Assembly: GCF_009914755.1 (NCBI RefSeq)
Contig: NC_060944.1
From: the human T2T-CHM13v2.0 reference genome, Homo sapiens
Strand: one strand, 5' to 3'
DNA: 64,000 nucleotides
Shown here: piece by piece, positions 41,006-58,280 of the stretch
How the letters are laid out: each line of letters starts with the position of its first letter
How positions within the stretch are numbered: position 1 is the first letter of the stretch
The notes under the pieces: generated by a model
Database searches by the model: none
The model's input: the letters and a program-made list of their open reading frames with translations, nothing else
Told to the model about the DNA's origin: nothing
Program-made: the position numbers and the translations under genes

Positions 41006-41676
41006 TGATGACCCCTTCAGTTTCAAATCTAAACTCCCATTTAACTTGACATCCCAGAATTGAATGTGGAAGAAGAGGTGAGATTTAAATTACAAACAAC
41101 TGCTTCAAATCAAGCTAAGACCTGTGAAGACGCTTACTATAGTGTTTAATCTATATGACATCAGTTATTGAGCTTGTATTTCAAGTTAAAGTTTCTTACT
41201 TTTATAACTACAGGCTAAATTTTATTTATAATATTAATGCATAATTATGGCAGCAGGGGACAAATAATAAAGAGCCATGGTCTTTAGAGTCCCATTCCCT
41301 GGAGACATTGCTAAGGGTTTCTAGTTGTTTTTGAGGTTGCTGCTTTAAACGTCAGTTGAATATACACAAAGATAAGCATCTTATCCTACACACCCATCCT
41401 TTCCCTAACCTCTCCCCTGCATTCTGGTGGTTGTGACTTTTACACTTTTAAGCTGAGTAGTAGCCTCACATTTTAGTCCATCAGCTTCTGAGATTTTTTG
41501 AGGATTCACTCCTCTTCTCCACACTTAACTTCTCACTTGTTAGAAGTAGCTTTCTTTTCACCTTTAAGTAAAAAAATATTTCCATTCTGTCTGGTGAATT
41601 CTTATACTTTAATCATTTTCAGATTTCAAGTTCAGAAGCCAACTATAAATAATTTAAATGGTGACTGGGAATGTGA

Positions 41677-42212
<536 letters not shown>

Positions 42213-43829
42213 CTTTCACAAGGAATTTTTAAAATGGATTTTTAAAACTTCTGATTTAGTTTCTCTTGACTTTCTATACAAGTATCAGCCTGATATTTCT
42301 CTTTGCTGCAATCCCAGTTAGCCATATTCAGGTATTCACATATCAAATATATCATGCCAGATGTTTCCTCCCTTCCTTTGCTAGAGTTTATCTTCTAGTA
42401 ACTCCCACTAGCATGGTGGCTGGGAGTAAAATCTTGAGTCCTTGCACATCATTCTATTTTGCTCTCATACTTGAGATAGTTTGGCTGGGTATAGAATTCT
42501 AAGTTCAAAATCATTTCCCAACTCTTGAGGGCACTGTTCCATTGTCTCCTAGAAGCCAATACTACCCAGACATATTTCTAGATATAGATGTCCCCTGTCC
42601 ACTCCCTTCCATCCTGATTGGAATCCTGTGAGCACTTTTACTCTCCTGGCCCCTTAGAATTGTGGACTTCATTTCTCATTTGATTTTCTATTTTCACTCT
42701 ATTTTCTTCTCACTTCCATTTTCTTTTCTTCCTAGACCTGGTCAGAAACCAGACTTCAGGACTGGCTCTTATTCTCAGTTCACTCACCCAATTTTTTTCC
42801 CGTAATCTCTGGGACATTAATTTTATAGCTAGCAATCCTAGTTTTATTTCATACTTCTTTGTTCTCATTATCTCTTCATAGGTCTCTATTTGGATGCAAC
42901 ATTTCTGCCAGTGGGTAGACACCAATTAGAATGTGAAAATTACCCAAGTACTCTTACTTCCAGGATTAGTTATTGACTTGGCTCATTTTATTCCATTCAT
43001 TTCCTATAGATGACTCATGATCCTTGGTGGACTATATTTGGGAAAGTAGACTGGTTTAATGATTAGACATGGATGCCAGAGGTTTCACCTGCTACTGGGT
43101 TGGTTGGGCAGTTTTGCCAGGCCTTGGCTAGTCCCCCAAGCTTTGTGGCCCTGGCTGTCTACATGCTTGTTCCAAGCCCAGAGCCCTCAGGGCCCTTGGA
43201 TATTGGCTGGAAACTTTGGCTTCCAACTGTACAGCTGCCTCCCATTTGTCTGCTGGGACACAGCTTTCTATACTCAGTTTTAAACATCACTATGTTCCTG
43301 TCTGCTCACCATTTTCCAGGAATTCATTGAAAATTTTCAACTTATGAGCATCTTTATGAATATCTCAAACCCCATTTTTCCATGCCACGATGAGTTGGTC
43401 CTATCATTATTTCAGTAGGGTCCCATAAAGGAAGTTCCTAAGATTAAAAGTTTGTGATTTTTAATTATACTTAATGGATCCTGCTACATTCCAAATTTAG
43501 CCATGCAATCAGTGTATACATTTACTGAAACATCTAGTTTATAGGTCTGACTTGAGATACATCATTGGCTTCTTGGCAGTTATAGTGGGTATCTACTCCC
43601 AGCTGGATTCTATATAGTCAAGATATAAAACCCAGCTGTCAGTCATATTTTACCAAAAGTTGTTGTTCCGGCAACAGAAAAATGACAAATCTCACAATTA
43701 TCACAGAAGTTCCAAATTCTTGTACTTCTACCACACCAAGTCATTTAAGTTGCTTGTGTTGTTAAGTAAATGAAGGTTAAGAAATTAGAGAAAAAGTAAG
43801 GGATTGAGGTTTCCTGGTCAGGGACTCAC

Positions 43830-44081
43830 CCGTGTGAGATCGCAGGTGGACGGTGAGCTGGCTGGAGTTGCGGCTGGCATAGGGGCAGAGCTGGCATTTG
43901 TACGGCCGCTCATCAGAGTGGATCCGCAGGTGCTTCTTGAGGCTACTGCTGTCCACGGCAGCGTAGTCACACAGGTGACACTTGTGTGGCTTCACACTGG
44001 TGTGGCACCGCATGTGCATGGTCAGGTTGTCCTTCCGGCTGAAGCACTTGTCACAGAACTCACACTTGTGCGGTTTGTCTC
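43830..44081 (-). CDS. ZFP64: Coding exon, 252 nt: three tandem C2H2 zinc fingers (GDKPHKCEFC...LTVHLRSHT)
   Basis: gaag| acceptor, |gtgagt donor, 84 codons = 3 x 28-aa fingers; within ORF 43777..44124. Confidence 0.95.
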
Positions 44082-44829
44082 CTTCAAACACATAAGGAGT
44101 CAAAGTTAAGGGTTTTTTGGTCAAGATGGCTACAAAGATTTGACCAAGATGATAGCCTGGGCATATGGGTGTGCCGCCTCCTCCTGTCCAAATACTGAGA
44201 GAGAAAGATACTGAAGTCTACATCAGCATATTGGGAAACAAGAATGTGTATCATTCATTGATAGTTCAGAAATCCTAAGGGAAAGATGACATAAAAATCT
44301 GATTGATGGAGAAAATTACAGGCCAAACCCTGTTTGGGAAAAATGGCAGTGGTTATAGAAGTACTCAGGATAAGAAGTGGCAGCTGTAGGGATCTTGGGC
44401 AGCTTCATGAACCACATGGAGAATGGTCAGGTGGACCCCTTCCTCTCACTTCTTCCAAACAGCAAGCAGCACGGCATCTCCCTCTAGGCTGTTGGTCAAA
44501 GGGTGCTGAGGTCAGAAAAAGAATACAAGGGCCTGGTAAGTTAGAGATGCCAGGGACAGCAGAAGACCACATACCCAGAACACTTCCATCCAGCCATGTT
44601 TCATCACTACCCCCTAGCCCAACCCTTCCAGGCTGATCATATCCAAATAAAATTAGTTTACCCAATAAACAAATGCTTGGGGAAAGCCAGAACCAGAAAG
44701 ACACGCCCAAGTCAAGAACTTAGTTACTAAAGCAAAGGGAGGAAATGAAATTAGAGAAATGAAAACTATGGAAATCAAAATAAAAGTTCTAATAAGTTGA
44801 CCAGCAAAAAGGGTGTCGAATGACAGCTA

Positions 44830-45210
<381 letters not shown>

Positions 45211-45954
45211 CTATGGTCTTTGGTTGAGAATGTTGTGTCAGTGCAGGTTCATCTATGGTAAAAATGCACTATTCAAATGTAATGTTGGTAATGGGGAAGG
45301 CTGTGCATGCGCAGGAGCAGGGAGCATGTGGGAAATATCTGTATCTTCTTGTCTTTAGGTTCACTTTTGCTGTGAACCTAAAACTGCTCTTATAAAAACA
45401 AAACAAAAAGAAAAAGCCACCTATTAAGAAAAATCTTAGAAATGGAAGATACAGCTAAAGAATCTCCCAAAAGGACAAGGGGGAAAAGACGCCAAAAGGT
45501 AAGACACGAAAGCTCGTTCTAGATGGTCCAGGATAGAACTGAGAAGAATTATTTCCCAACACTAAAGACAGCCATGCATCTTATTTAGAAGCAGGGTGGT
45601 CCAATTTCAGAACCCTAAGAAGGGTGAGATCTGGAAGCTTCCAGAAAGAAAACCACCAGCAAAATGCTCACATCAGCATAAAGCTCCTCAGAACAGTGGA
45701 TGCTAGCAAGACAGGAACAGGATCTTCAACTTTCTAGAGAAACTGTTTTAATAGAATCTTATACTTGAATTAGCATTCAGTGAGAGGAGAAGATAGTTGA
45801 TATATGACTTGGTATCACACTTAAACACTGTACACCAGAAAAAAAAATAAGGGTGATGGTGAAGGTAAGATGGCAATATGAGAAAATAGTACAATGGAAA
45901 AAGTATAGCTTTCAGACAAGAGAAAAACAACCATCAAAAGACTTGGTTGGGGCG

Positions 45955-46545
<591 letters not shown>

Positions 46546-47141
46546 AAACAGCACAAAATAAAAATCACATCAAATATCAGATAACTAGATGTCAAAGTAA
46601 ATATTATAAACAAAAACGTATTACATTTCCCTCTTAAAGATTTAAATTATAGGTCAGGTGCTGTGGCTCACGCCAGTAATCCCAGCACACTGGGAGGCCA
46701 AGGCAGGAGGATTGCTTGAGGCCGGAAGGTTGAGACCAGCCTGGGCAACACAGGGAGAGCTCATCTCTACTTTAATAAAAGTTAAAAATATATTTAAGTT
46801 AAATTAAGAAAAAAAGCCACTAAATGCTCTGAAGATACCTAAATCAAAGTGATAGGAACACAATAGAAATTCTAGAAAAATGCTTAAAAAAAGTAGGAAT
46901 ATCAATTTTAGCATCAGGCAAAATAGAAATCATGGTGAAATCCATTAAAAATTTCATATGGATGAGAGAGTTCAGTATGTAGATAAAAGTCAAACTTTTA
47001 TGAGTGTAACATGGCTTCACAAATGGTTTTTCAAAAATGTCATCTTGGAAGTTTTAGAATGTCTTTTAGGACAGTTTTTGTCAAAATTAGATTACAAACT
47101 CCAGAAACAGATAAGTTTCCTATTTCAAAACCTATGGCCGT

Positions 47142-47447
<306 letters not shown>

Positions 47448-47642
47448 CCTATAGTCTATAATGGCTTTAAAGTAGTTTGTAGATTTAAGTTCACTTCTAA
47501 CAAAATGCTGAAATCAAGTGCACAGTATGCAATTCAAGAAACCAAAAGAAAGAATTGAGGCTACGTATAGCACTTGATCAATAAAAGTAAAAATGGTGCT
47601 TAAGAAGGAAGGCTTAGCTCAAAAAGAGAGGATACCAACAGA

Positions 47643-47840
47643 TCAGGGTTCTTAATCTCAACACTATTAGAAATTCTCTGCTGTTTGGTGCTTTCCTCTG
47701 CATTGTAAGATGTTTATCGGCATCCCTGGCCTCCACCCACCAGATGCCAGTAGAACCCTTTCTTCTCCAGTTGTAACAATCGAAGATGTCTCCAGACATT
47801 GTTCCCTTGGGGGGTGAAATCATACCTAGTTGAAAACCAT
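47643..47840 (-). mobile_element. MER20 (hAT-Charlie)
   Basis: ctcaacactatt...gcatccctggcctccacccaccagatgccagtag...gtctccagacattg...ggggggtgaaat. Confidence 0.75.
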
Positions 47841-48003
47841 TCCAATAGACTTTGGAAAAGCAGAAGGGGACTACAGATACACAAAGTCAATCGTGACTAT
47901 TAAGTAGAACTTTATACCCCAATAAATTTAGAAGACTCAATAAGATGGGTGATGGTCCAGGAAGATGTAAAATTGCGAAGTCTCTATTAAAAGATCAAAA
48001 ACA

Positions 48004-48318
48004 GGCCGGGTGCAGTGGCTCACACCTGCAATCCCAACACTTTGGGAGGCCAAGGCAGGCGGATCCGCCTTGACTTGAGGTCAGGAGTTTGAGACCTGCC
48101 TGGCCAAGGTGAAACAGCATCTCCACTGTAAAAATACAAAAATTAGCCAGGCATGGTGGTGCACAGCTATAATCCCAGCTACTCAGGAGGCTGAGGCACG
48201 AGAATCACTTGAACCAGGGAGACATAAGTTGCAGTAAGCCAAGAGTGCACCACTGTACTCCAGCCTGGGTAAGAGGAAGACTGTCTCTCAAAAACAAAAC
48301 AAAAAAACTGAAACAAAA
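48004..48318 (+). mobile_element. Alu
   Basis: Alu consensus. Confidence 0.9.
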
Positions 48319-48571
48319 CAGATCGATAACAATGACAAATTATGCTAAAGATCTACTCTCTAAGGTAAATTGTTTATTGTTCGCAAGTATTTGCTGTAAC
48401 TTATGGGGAGAATTATGCTTCCCTGTCCCAATAGCCTCTGGTTTGGACATGACGTACTCCGGCTAATGAAATATGACAGAAAGTGACAAGAATTGTTGTC
48501 AAGGGCCACTGTGTGGTTCCTCACACTTGTTTCTCTTGCTCAAGATACACTGTTCCAAATCAGGAGATTAA

Positions 48572-48921
<350 letters not shown>

Positions 48922-49909
48922 TAAGATCTTATATGGGAAATGATTGCATTTTTATCTTCCCTACCTTAACTACTGTTTAGCATTGCCTTCAATTATGGAT
49001 GTAGGCAATAAACCACACTAGTAACAGTGCTGGAGACCCTCGTCAATGGACATGAAATGTGGTCGTACCACATTACACTCATTGTAGTTCTCCAAGTTAT
49101 CACTTATGCTCACTTTTGCAATTAGGGTAGTTAATATGCTAGCCACTAGCTCCTGACATTAAATGCAGGGCTTCTCTGGGACTACTGTGCATATTAACCA
49201 CCCGGGCTTGGGAGCATCTCATTAAGATGCAGATTCTGATTCAGTAGGTCTACGGTGCAGCTTGGGTTCCTGCATTTTGATCTACCAAGCTCCCAGCTGA
49301 TGTGGACACTTCTGGTCTTTGTACCAGTTTGGGTAGCAAGGGCTTAAAGTATGAAAATTGCACATTTAACATTGATGATTATATCACAATATGATTTTTT
49401 TAAATGTGATATATCTTATTAGATTTAAAGACATCTTTTTGAGAAGAGTCCATCCAAATTGCCAGGAGTGCATAGCACAACAAAGGTCAAGAACGCCTTC
49501 ATCTGGCTGTTCCGGACAGAGGCAGATCTACCAACTGGGTCCTGGAGAGAAGACCACAAGGAATGCAGCTGGGGTGACTGTGGGGGACAGTGGCATATAT
49601 GGAGCAGTCTTCAGTTGTCACTGAGGTTGACAGTGCTATCTCAGCCTAATCCATCCTCCTTCTATGCTCCTAAGGATTGGAGCAGAGAGGGGATTGTGTG
49701 CACGTTCTACCAAACTTTCAAGGAAAGTCGTTTCTGTAGTCAACTGTTTCAGAGCATAGAGAAAGATTTTGCTTCAGTTCACTTTATAACAGCTACCTGA
49801 TACCAATGCCAAATGAAGAAATACAAAGTGGGATAAAAATACAAACATAAATCAGTCTCCTTTACGAAGCTAAATAAATGCCACAGGACCATCTTAAACT
49901 AGCAATATA

Positions 49910-50205
49910 GGGCTGGGGGGGAAGGGTGGCTCACGCCTGTAATCCCAGCACTTTGGAAGGCCGAGGCAGGAAGATCACTTGAGGCCAGGAGTTTGAGACT
50001 AGCCTTGACAATAGTGAGACCTCGTCACTACAAAATAAAATAAAATTAGCTGGGCGAAATGGGGCATGCCTGCAGCCCCAGCTATTCAAGAAGCAGAGGC
50101 ATGAGGATCACTTGAACCTGATTGCACTACTGCATTCCAGCCTGGGTGACAGAGCAAGAGAAGACCCTGTCTCAAAATAAATAAATAAATAAATAAATAA
50201 TAAAA
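49910..50205 (+). mobile_element. Alu (AluJ-like) with (TAAA)n tail
   Basis: Alu consensus. Confidence 0.85.
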
Positions 50206-52043
50206 AGGAAAATGCAATACATTTGAAATACAACCACTATTCCCAGTTAAACACACACCTCAGTATTCCTAGCTTTCTGAGCTTGGTTTTAACTTGAATG
50301 TGATAAGTGATCTCAACCAAAATCCCAGGGGTTCTAACCCTACAATGATGGTGACCTTGAGGCATGCCCAAAGCATGCCCATGACGGGGAATAAGACAGA
50401 TGGTTTGAGTTGACTGCTACTCTTCAATTTGAACTGAAGCACCAAAGCCAAGGCACACAAGGTCAAATACGAAGTCAGAAAGAGAAAGCTTATTTGCATA
50501 TGTTAATTTACTTAAGCAATCCAAAAGAACCACAGGTTAGAATCCCTGCCTCCCACTTACAACTGGGTCAGAGACACACGCTGACCTTTCCCCTCTCCTC
50601 TTGGTAACAGAACCTTCTTTGCAGCTGGGCACACAACCGCACAGGAGAAACTTCCTTTTCCCAGCCTTCATTTCCACAGCTGGGGGTGGCCATGGGATTC
50701 AGTTCTGGCCAAACAGATGAGCTCGAGTGGTGTGGCTTTAAGGTGGCAGGAGGCCATTGTGGAGCAGGCTAATGAGAGCTGCACCCTTGGGATGACAACG
50801 CAAAGCAACAGCCTGGGTCCCTGAGACCACCGGGCCAGTGCCACACCAGCCTGATCACTCACACCTGGAACATCATGGTGCAGAAATACTTTGGCTTTAA
50901 ACCACCATTACTTGAGTCCCAGTAGTGACAAAGGATGCTACTTCTGGGTCGTGCCCCAAGGGAGGAATACCATGAGGCCTCCATGCCTTTTCTCCTACTT
51001 TCCATTAGTTAAATTCAGAGAACTAAAGCAGTCACCTGGGGCCCAGAGAAGTGGCCTAAGTTTGCTTACACTAGGGAGGCGCGTCTGCTTACCTGACTCA
51101 AGAACAAGGCCTTATCTTTTATGTCCTGGATCCCCAGCATGCTCTGCGGTACCTCAAGAAAACAGTAATCCAGCCCCTGTACATCTCTTGGGGTCGAACC
51201 CAGCACTGTGGATGTTCCAGGCCTTTCATTCTTGTGAAGGTTGTGTTGTGAATTTTAAGATTTTTGGCCTCCACCCACTGAATGGCAGTAGCCTAGCCCC
51301 AGTTGAGAACAAGCACTCAAGTTATTTTCAGGATAAAGTCACCCACTCTGAGATTCCTCAAACTGAGCTGCCTCGTCTTTCCTCAAAGGGCTCCTGAATC
51401 TGCATGCTTTCACTGACATCGTCATCCTGGTAGCCTGTCTTCCAAGGTGAAGATCAAACATTTCCTTGCTAACATGCTTGTCATGATCCACTGTCCCCAG
51501 GCAAAAGTGGCCCTCTATTATAGCACAGTGCCCATCTTTCTGGACAGAGACCACCATCTTTGTCCAGAAATCTCTGTCCTCTCAGTGAAGGGGCTCCAGA
51601 GGCTCATCTGGCCATGTGTTGCCCCGCTTAAAACCATCCCTCAGGCCCCCTTGGTACTCGGTGTGGCCATGACTAAGTCCCGCTCATGTTCCCCTAGGTC
51701 ACAAGGGCCGCTGCTTCTGGGTCACAGCCCAAGGGAGGCATGCCATGGGCTCCCTGGCCTGCTTCCATTGCCTGCTGGCTAAGCGATGCAGAGAACTACA
51801 GCAGCTGCCTCAGACCCAGAGGCTAAGCCAAGTGTTCAGGATGGCAGAGCCATTGGACCAGCTGTGGACTCTATGCCTCTGAAGATGTACTCAAGAAATA
51901 AACTGGATTACGTTTAAGCCACTGAGACTGGTTTCTGAAAGAACAAACCAATATTCTCGCTCAAACATGCAAGTATAGGATTTGTACCACAGATTAAGGG
52001 TTGGCAAAGTGTTTTGTAAAGGGCTAAGTAGTATTTTAGGCAG

Positions 52044-52346
52044 GATGGGCATGGTGGCTCATGCCTGTAATTCCAGCACTTTAGGGGGCCAAGGCAGGTG
52101 GATCACCTGAGGTCAGGAGTTCGAGACCAGCCTGGCCAACATGGCAAAACCCCGTCTCTACTAAAAATAGAAAAATTAGCTGGGCAAGGTGGCAGGCGCC
52201 TGTAATCCTAGCTATTCAGGAGGCTGGGGCAGGAGAATCACTTGAACCTGGGAGGCAGGGGTCGCAATGAACTGAGATTGCACCACTGCATTCTAGCCTG
52301 GGTGACAGAGCAGGACTCTGTCTCAGAGAAAAAAACAAAACAAAAA
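52044..52346 (+). mobile_element. Alu within a MER58-like element
   Basis: TSD tagtattttaggc. Confidence 0.9.
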
Positions 52347-52808
52347 GATAGTATTTTAGGCTTTGTGCACCCTACAGTCCCTGTAACAACTACCTCTTGT
52401 AAGGCCAGAAAGCTGCAAGCAATAGGTAAATGAAGGAGCATGCCAACAGGCTGAGTTGCCCATGGGCTGCAGTTTGTAATCCTGGCATAGATTATGGCAC
52501 TCCTTTGCTTCAGCAGGTCTTATTTCTCTTCTCAGCAGCTGGCTGCCCTAAAAAAAAAAGCACCTTTAAGAAGCCACCTTATTGCTCTAAGATGACTATA
52601 GCCACAGGCTCTGTGTAGCTCATCCTGGGAATCACTTCATCTTCATGTCACAGCCCTTTTGCTCCTTCTCCCAAGCCCACCCCACTAGACTGAGTTTCAT
52701 GAGGCAGATGAGGCAGAGACTGTCCTGTTCATTACTGTGTCCCTAGCGCTTAATTCACATTCACGTCCCATCTTTCTTACTGAGCTGTTGAACAGAATGG
52801 ATACCTAC

Positions 52809-52871
52809 CCGTGTGGATTCTGAGATGGCGGTCCAAGTCTTTCATGCCATGGACAGTTTTGAAGTGGCAAC
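52809..52871 (-). CDS. ZFP64: Coding exon, 63 nt: (G)[20 protein letters not shown](G), second half of an intron-split C2H2 finger
   Basis: ttttctag| acceptor, |gtaggt donor, phase 1-1; completes the C-x4-C...H-x3-H finger. Confidence 0.92.
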
Positions 52872-52875
52872 CTAG

Positions 52876-53211
<336 letters not shown>

Positions 53212-53225
53212 TAGAAGAACCTCAG

Positions 53226-53798
<573 letters not shown>

Positions 53799-53872
53799 TC
53801 AGAGATTCACGTAGGGCTTGCAGATCAGTGCTTGGCTCAGAAGCGGCTCAGCACGCAGGGTTTTACTCTTAC

Positions 53873-54022
53873 CTGGGTAGCAACAGTTGAACGTCCTCTC
53901 TCCAAGGGTGGCCATTTGTTCCCTTGCCTCTGAGGGAAGAGTGATGACAGGGGCCTTCGGAGTGTCAGTGCTTTCAGTGGAGAGGCAGTTTGCTTTTGGA
54001 ACATCATCATCAAGTTCTGAAG
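53873..54022 (-). CDS. ZFP64: Coding exon, 150 nt: (A)SELDDDVPKANCLSTESTDTPKAPVITLPSEAREQMATLGERTFNCCYP(G)
   Basis: tttcag| acceptor, |gtaaga donor, open frame, phase 1-1; matches the recalled ZFP64 long isoform. Confidence 0.9.
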
Positions 54023-54108
54023 CTGAAATTGAGGCATAGTTTTGCTTAGTTTCTCATTTATAACCACCATGCTAAGTCTTAGAATACAGTAGGTTTGGGC
54101 TTATTTCA

Positions 54109-54568
<460 letters not shown>

Positions 54569-55254
54569 CTAAAAAACATATGAGTACTTCTTAAATGGCA
54601 TGAAGACCTAGTTTTTTCTAACAATTTCTAATCCATCCCAGGCTGATATTTCTGTAAAATATGATAAACAAGAATTAGGGGAGAGGTGGAATAAGATAAA
54701 AAGAGCCCAATCATTAGATACAGCAAAAAGCTGGATGCCATGGCAATGTCAAACTTTTTTTTTTTTTTTTAAGATGCTTACTCTGGATTTCTGATTTGTT
54801 TTGCCTCAGTTCAGCAAAAGGTCACAGACCACACATCACTGATCTCCAGGATAAAACAGTTGTTTCAACAAATAACTTGAAAGAAGAAAGATGGAAGAGG
54901 AGAAAAAGCAAAGACTGAGAGACTTGAGGTGGTCGACAATATCGGGACTTTACTTGGCTCCTGATTAGAATATGCTGGAAAAGCTGAGATGGTAAGAAGT
55001 GTGCTCACTCACTGCAAGTTTGCTACAGGGGTTTTATACTTTGGTGTGAAAATGGAATTAGAGTTTAAAGAGCATTCCCCATAGTCTAAGGATGAATGTT
55101 GAAACATTTACAAGTTGTATGATATGTGAATTTGTCTTCAAAAATAATCCAGGGCAGGGAGAGAGCTGGCATAAGGAGAAATGAGATTGACCACATGCAA
55201 TTAATGGTTGAAGTGGATCAATGGATGAGAATTCACTATAGTCTATTTTTAGGA

Positions 55255-55325
55255 AGGTTGAACTAGGTGAAATCGCTATTTTTGTTAGCCAAAACGGTCA
55301 AATAATTTCATGTTTCAATCTAATA
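55255..55325. mobile_element. MADE2-like mariner-derived MITE
   Basis: aggttgaactaggtgaaat...atttcatgtttcaatctaata imperfect palindrome. Confidence 0.55.
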
Positions 55326-55431
55326 TGTAGGTTTTAAGATTCCTACAGCAAAGATTAAGTACTAGAAGATTCTGAAATATCTCAAAATAGACTTAAATCT
55401 AAAAGGAAAAAAGGTCCCATCAAGGTCTGAA

Positions 55432-55999
<568 letters not shown>

Positions 56000-56411
56000 T
56001 GACTAGCTTATGAATTATAGGCCAAGGTCTGGGACTTTCTCTGTCCTAAGGTTATTACAAAAGGTGGATTATCACTTTTATTGAGAAGTTTGTGCGGGTG
56101 AAGGAATCTTAGCATGAGAGGCTGTAGAGCACAGTGGTGAGGGCTTCAGTTTTAGGCAGAGGGTTTGCTCAGCTATGTGCTGTGCAACTATTGGCAAGCT
56201 ACTTAACCTTTCTGAGCTTCAGTTTACTCGTTTGCAAAAGGAGATTACATGCCTCAGAGTTGCAGAGTTAAACAAGATGAAAAAATATATAAGTTCTCAG
56301 TACAGTGTCATCTGAGTAAATACAATTGCGTGGCTTCAGATGTCGCAAGTGAGGACTACAGATTTCACATCCTAGCAGTTGTGCTCGAAGCCCCTTAACA
56401 AGTGATCTAGT

Positions 56412-56632
56412 CCAGTGGCTCTCAACTGGGGGCCATTCTACCACCAAAGGACACTCAGCAATGCCTGGGAACATTTTCAATTGTCATGATTCTGTTTGCA
56501 TGCATGTTTGAGAATGGCATCTAGTGGGTGAAGGCCAGGGATGCTGCTAGACATCCTATAGGGCATAGGACAGCCCCCACAAGGAAACGATGCAGCCCCA
56601 AAGGTCAATAGGGCTGGGGTTGAGAAAGTCTG
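56412..56632 (+). mobile_element. MER20 (hAT-Charlie)
   Basis: cagtggctctcaactggggg...gcatctagtgggtgaaggccagggatgctgct...ggttgagaaa. Confidence 0.8.
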
Positions 56633-56789
56633 CAGTAGTCCTACTCCCAATGTTTCTTCCAAGTGTAATCCTGATACTATCTGTGTCACAATCACCTAGA
56701 TCATGGGTTCAGTGTAGTTTCCCAGGCCTTACCCTATACTCACTGAAAACTTAGGGGCAGGAGGAGGGGTGGTAGTGTGGATCAAGTAA

Positions 56790-57142
<353 letters not shown>

Positions 57143-57204
57143 CTCAGGGCCTTGCATTTTTGAAGCACTTGCCAGATGATTCTGCTGTATTACTTGTAAG
57201 TCCT

Positions 57205-57855
<651 letters not shown>

Positions 57856-58089
57856 CTCTTGCTCTGTGAGCAAGAAACTGGCTCAGATGCTCAAGGTTGC
57901 AGGACTGGAAGTTTTCAGCTCATTGGAACCCACACTTGCCAGATCTGCAACCCATCCTATGTCCCTCAGGGACAGACACAAACAAAGCCTCATTACATAG
58001 CAACTCACATACTAGAAGAGAAAACCATTAAACTCTTGAGGGTTTTAATTCCACAGAAGTCAAGCAAGACTGAAAACAAATCTAAGTGA

Positions 58090-58280
58090 GGCACTGTATA
58101 ACACAGTGGTTTGGGGAACAGACTGGGAAACCAGCTGATAAGTTTCAATTCCAGTTTTACCATTAGCTGTGTCCCACTGGATAAGCTACTCAACTTCCCC
58201 GTTCCTCAGTTTCCACATCTGTGAAATGGGTATTATGGCCGTCTCATTAGCTTAGATGAAGTTCTTTAGTATATGTAAGA
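58090..58280 (+). mobile_element. MIR
   Basis: cctcagtttccacatctgtgaaatggg. Confidence 0.65.

Noticed and set aside
43777-43829. Read-through tail GESLTRKPQSLTFSLIS* after the 252-nt exon
   Set aside because: A strong gtgagt donor is present and I see no convincing nearby AATAAA; a truncated isoform cannot be supported from sequence alone.
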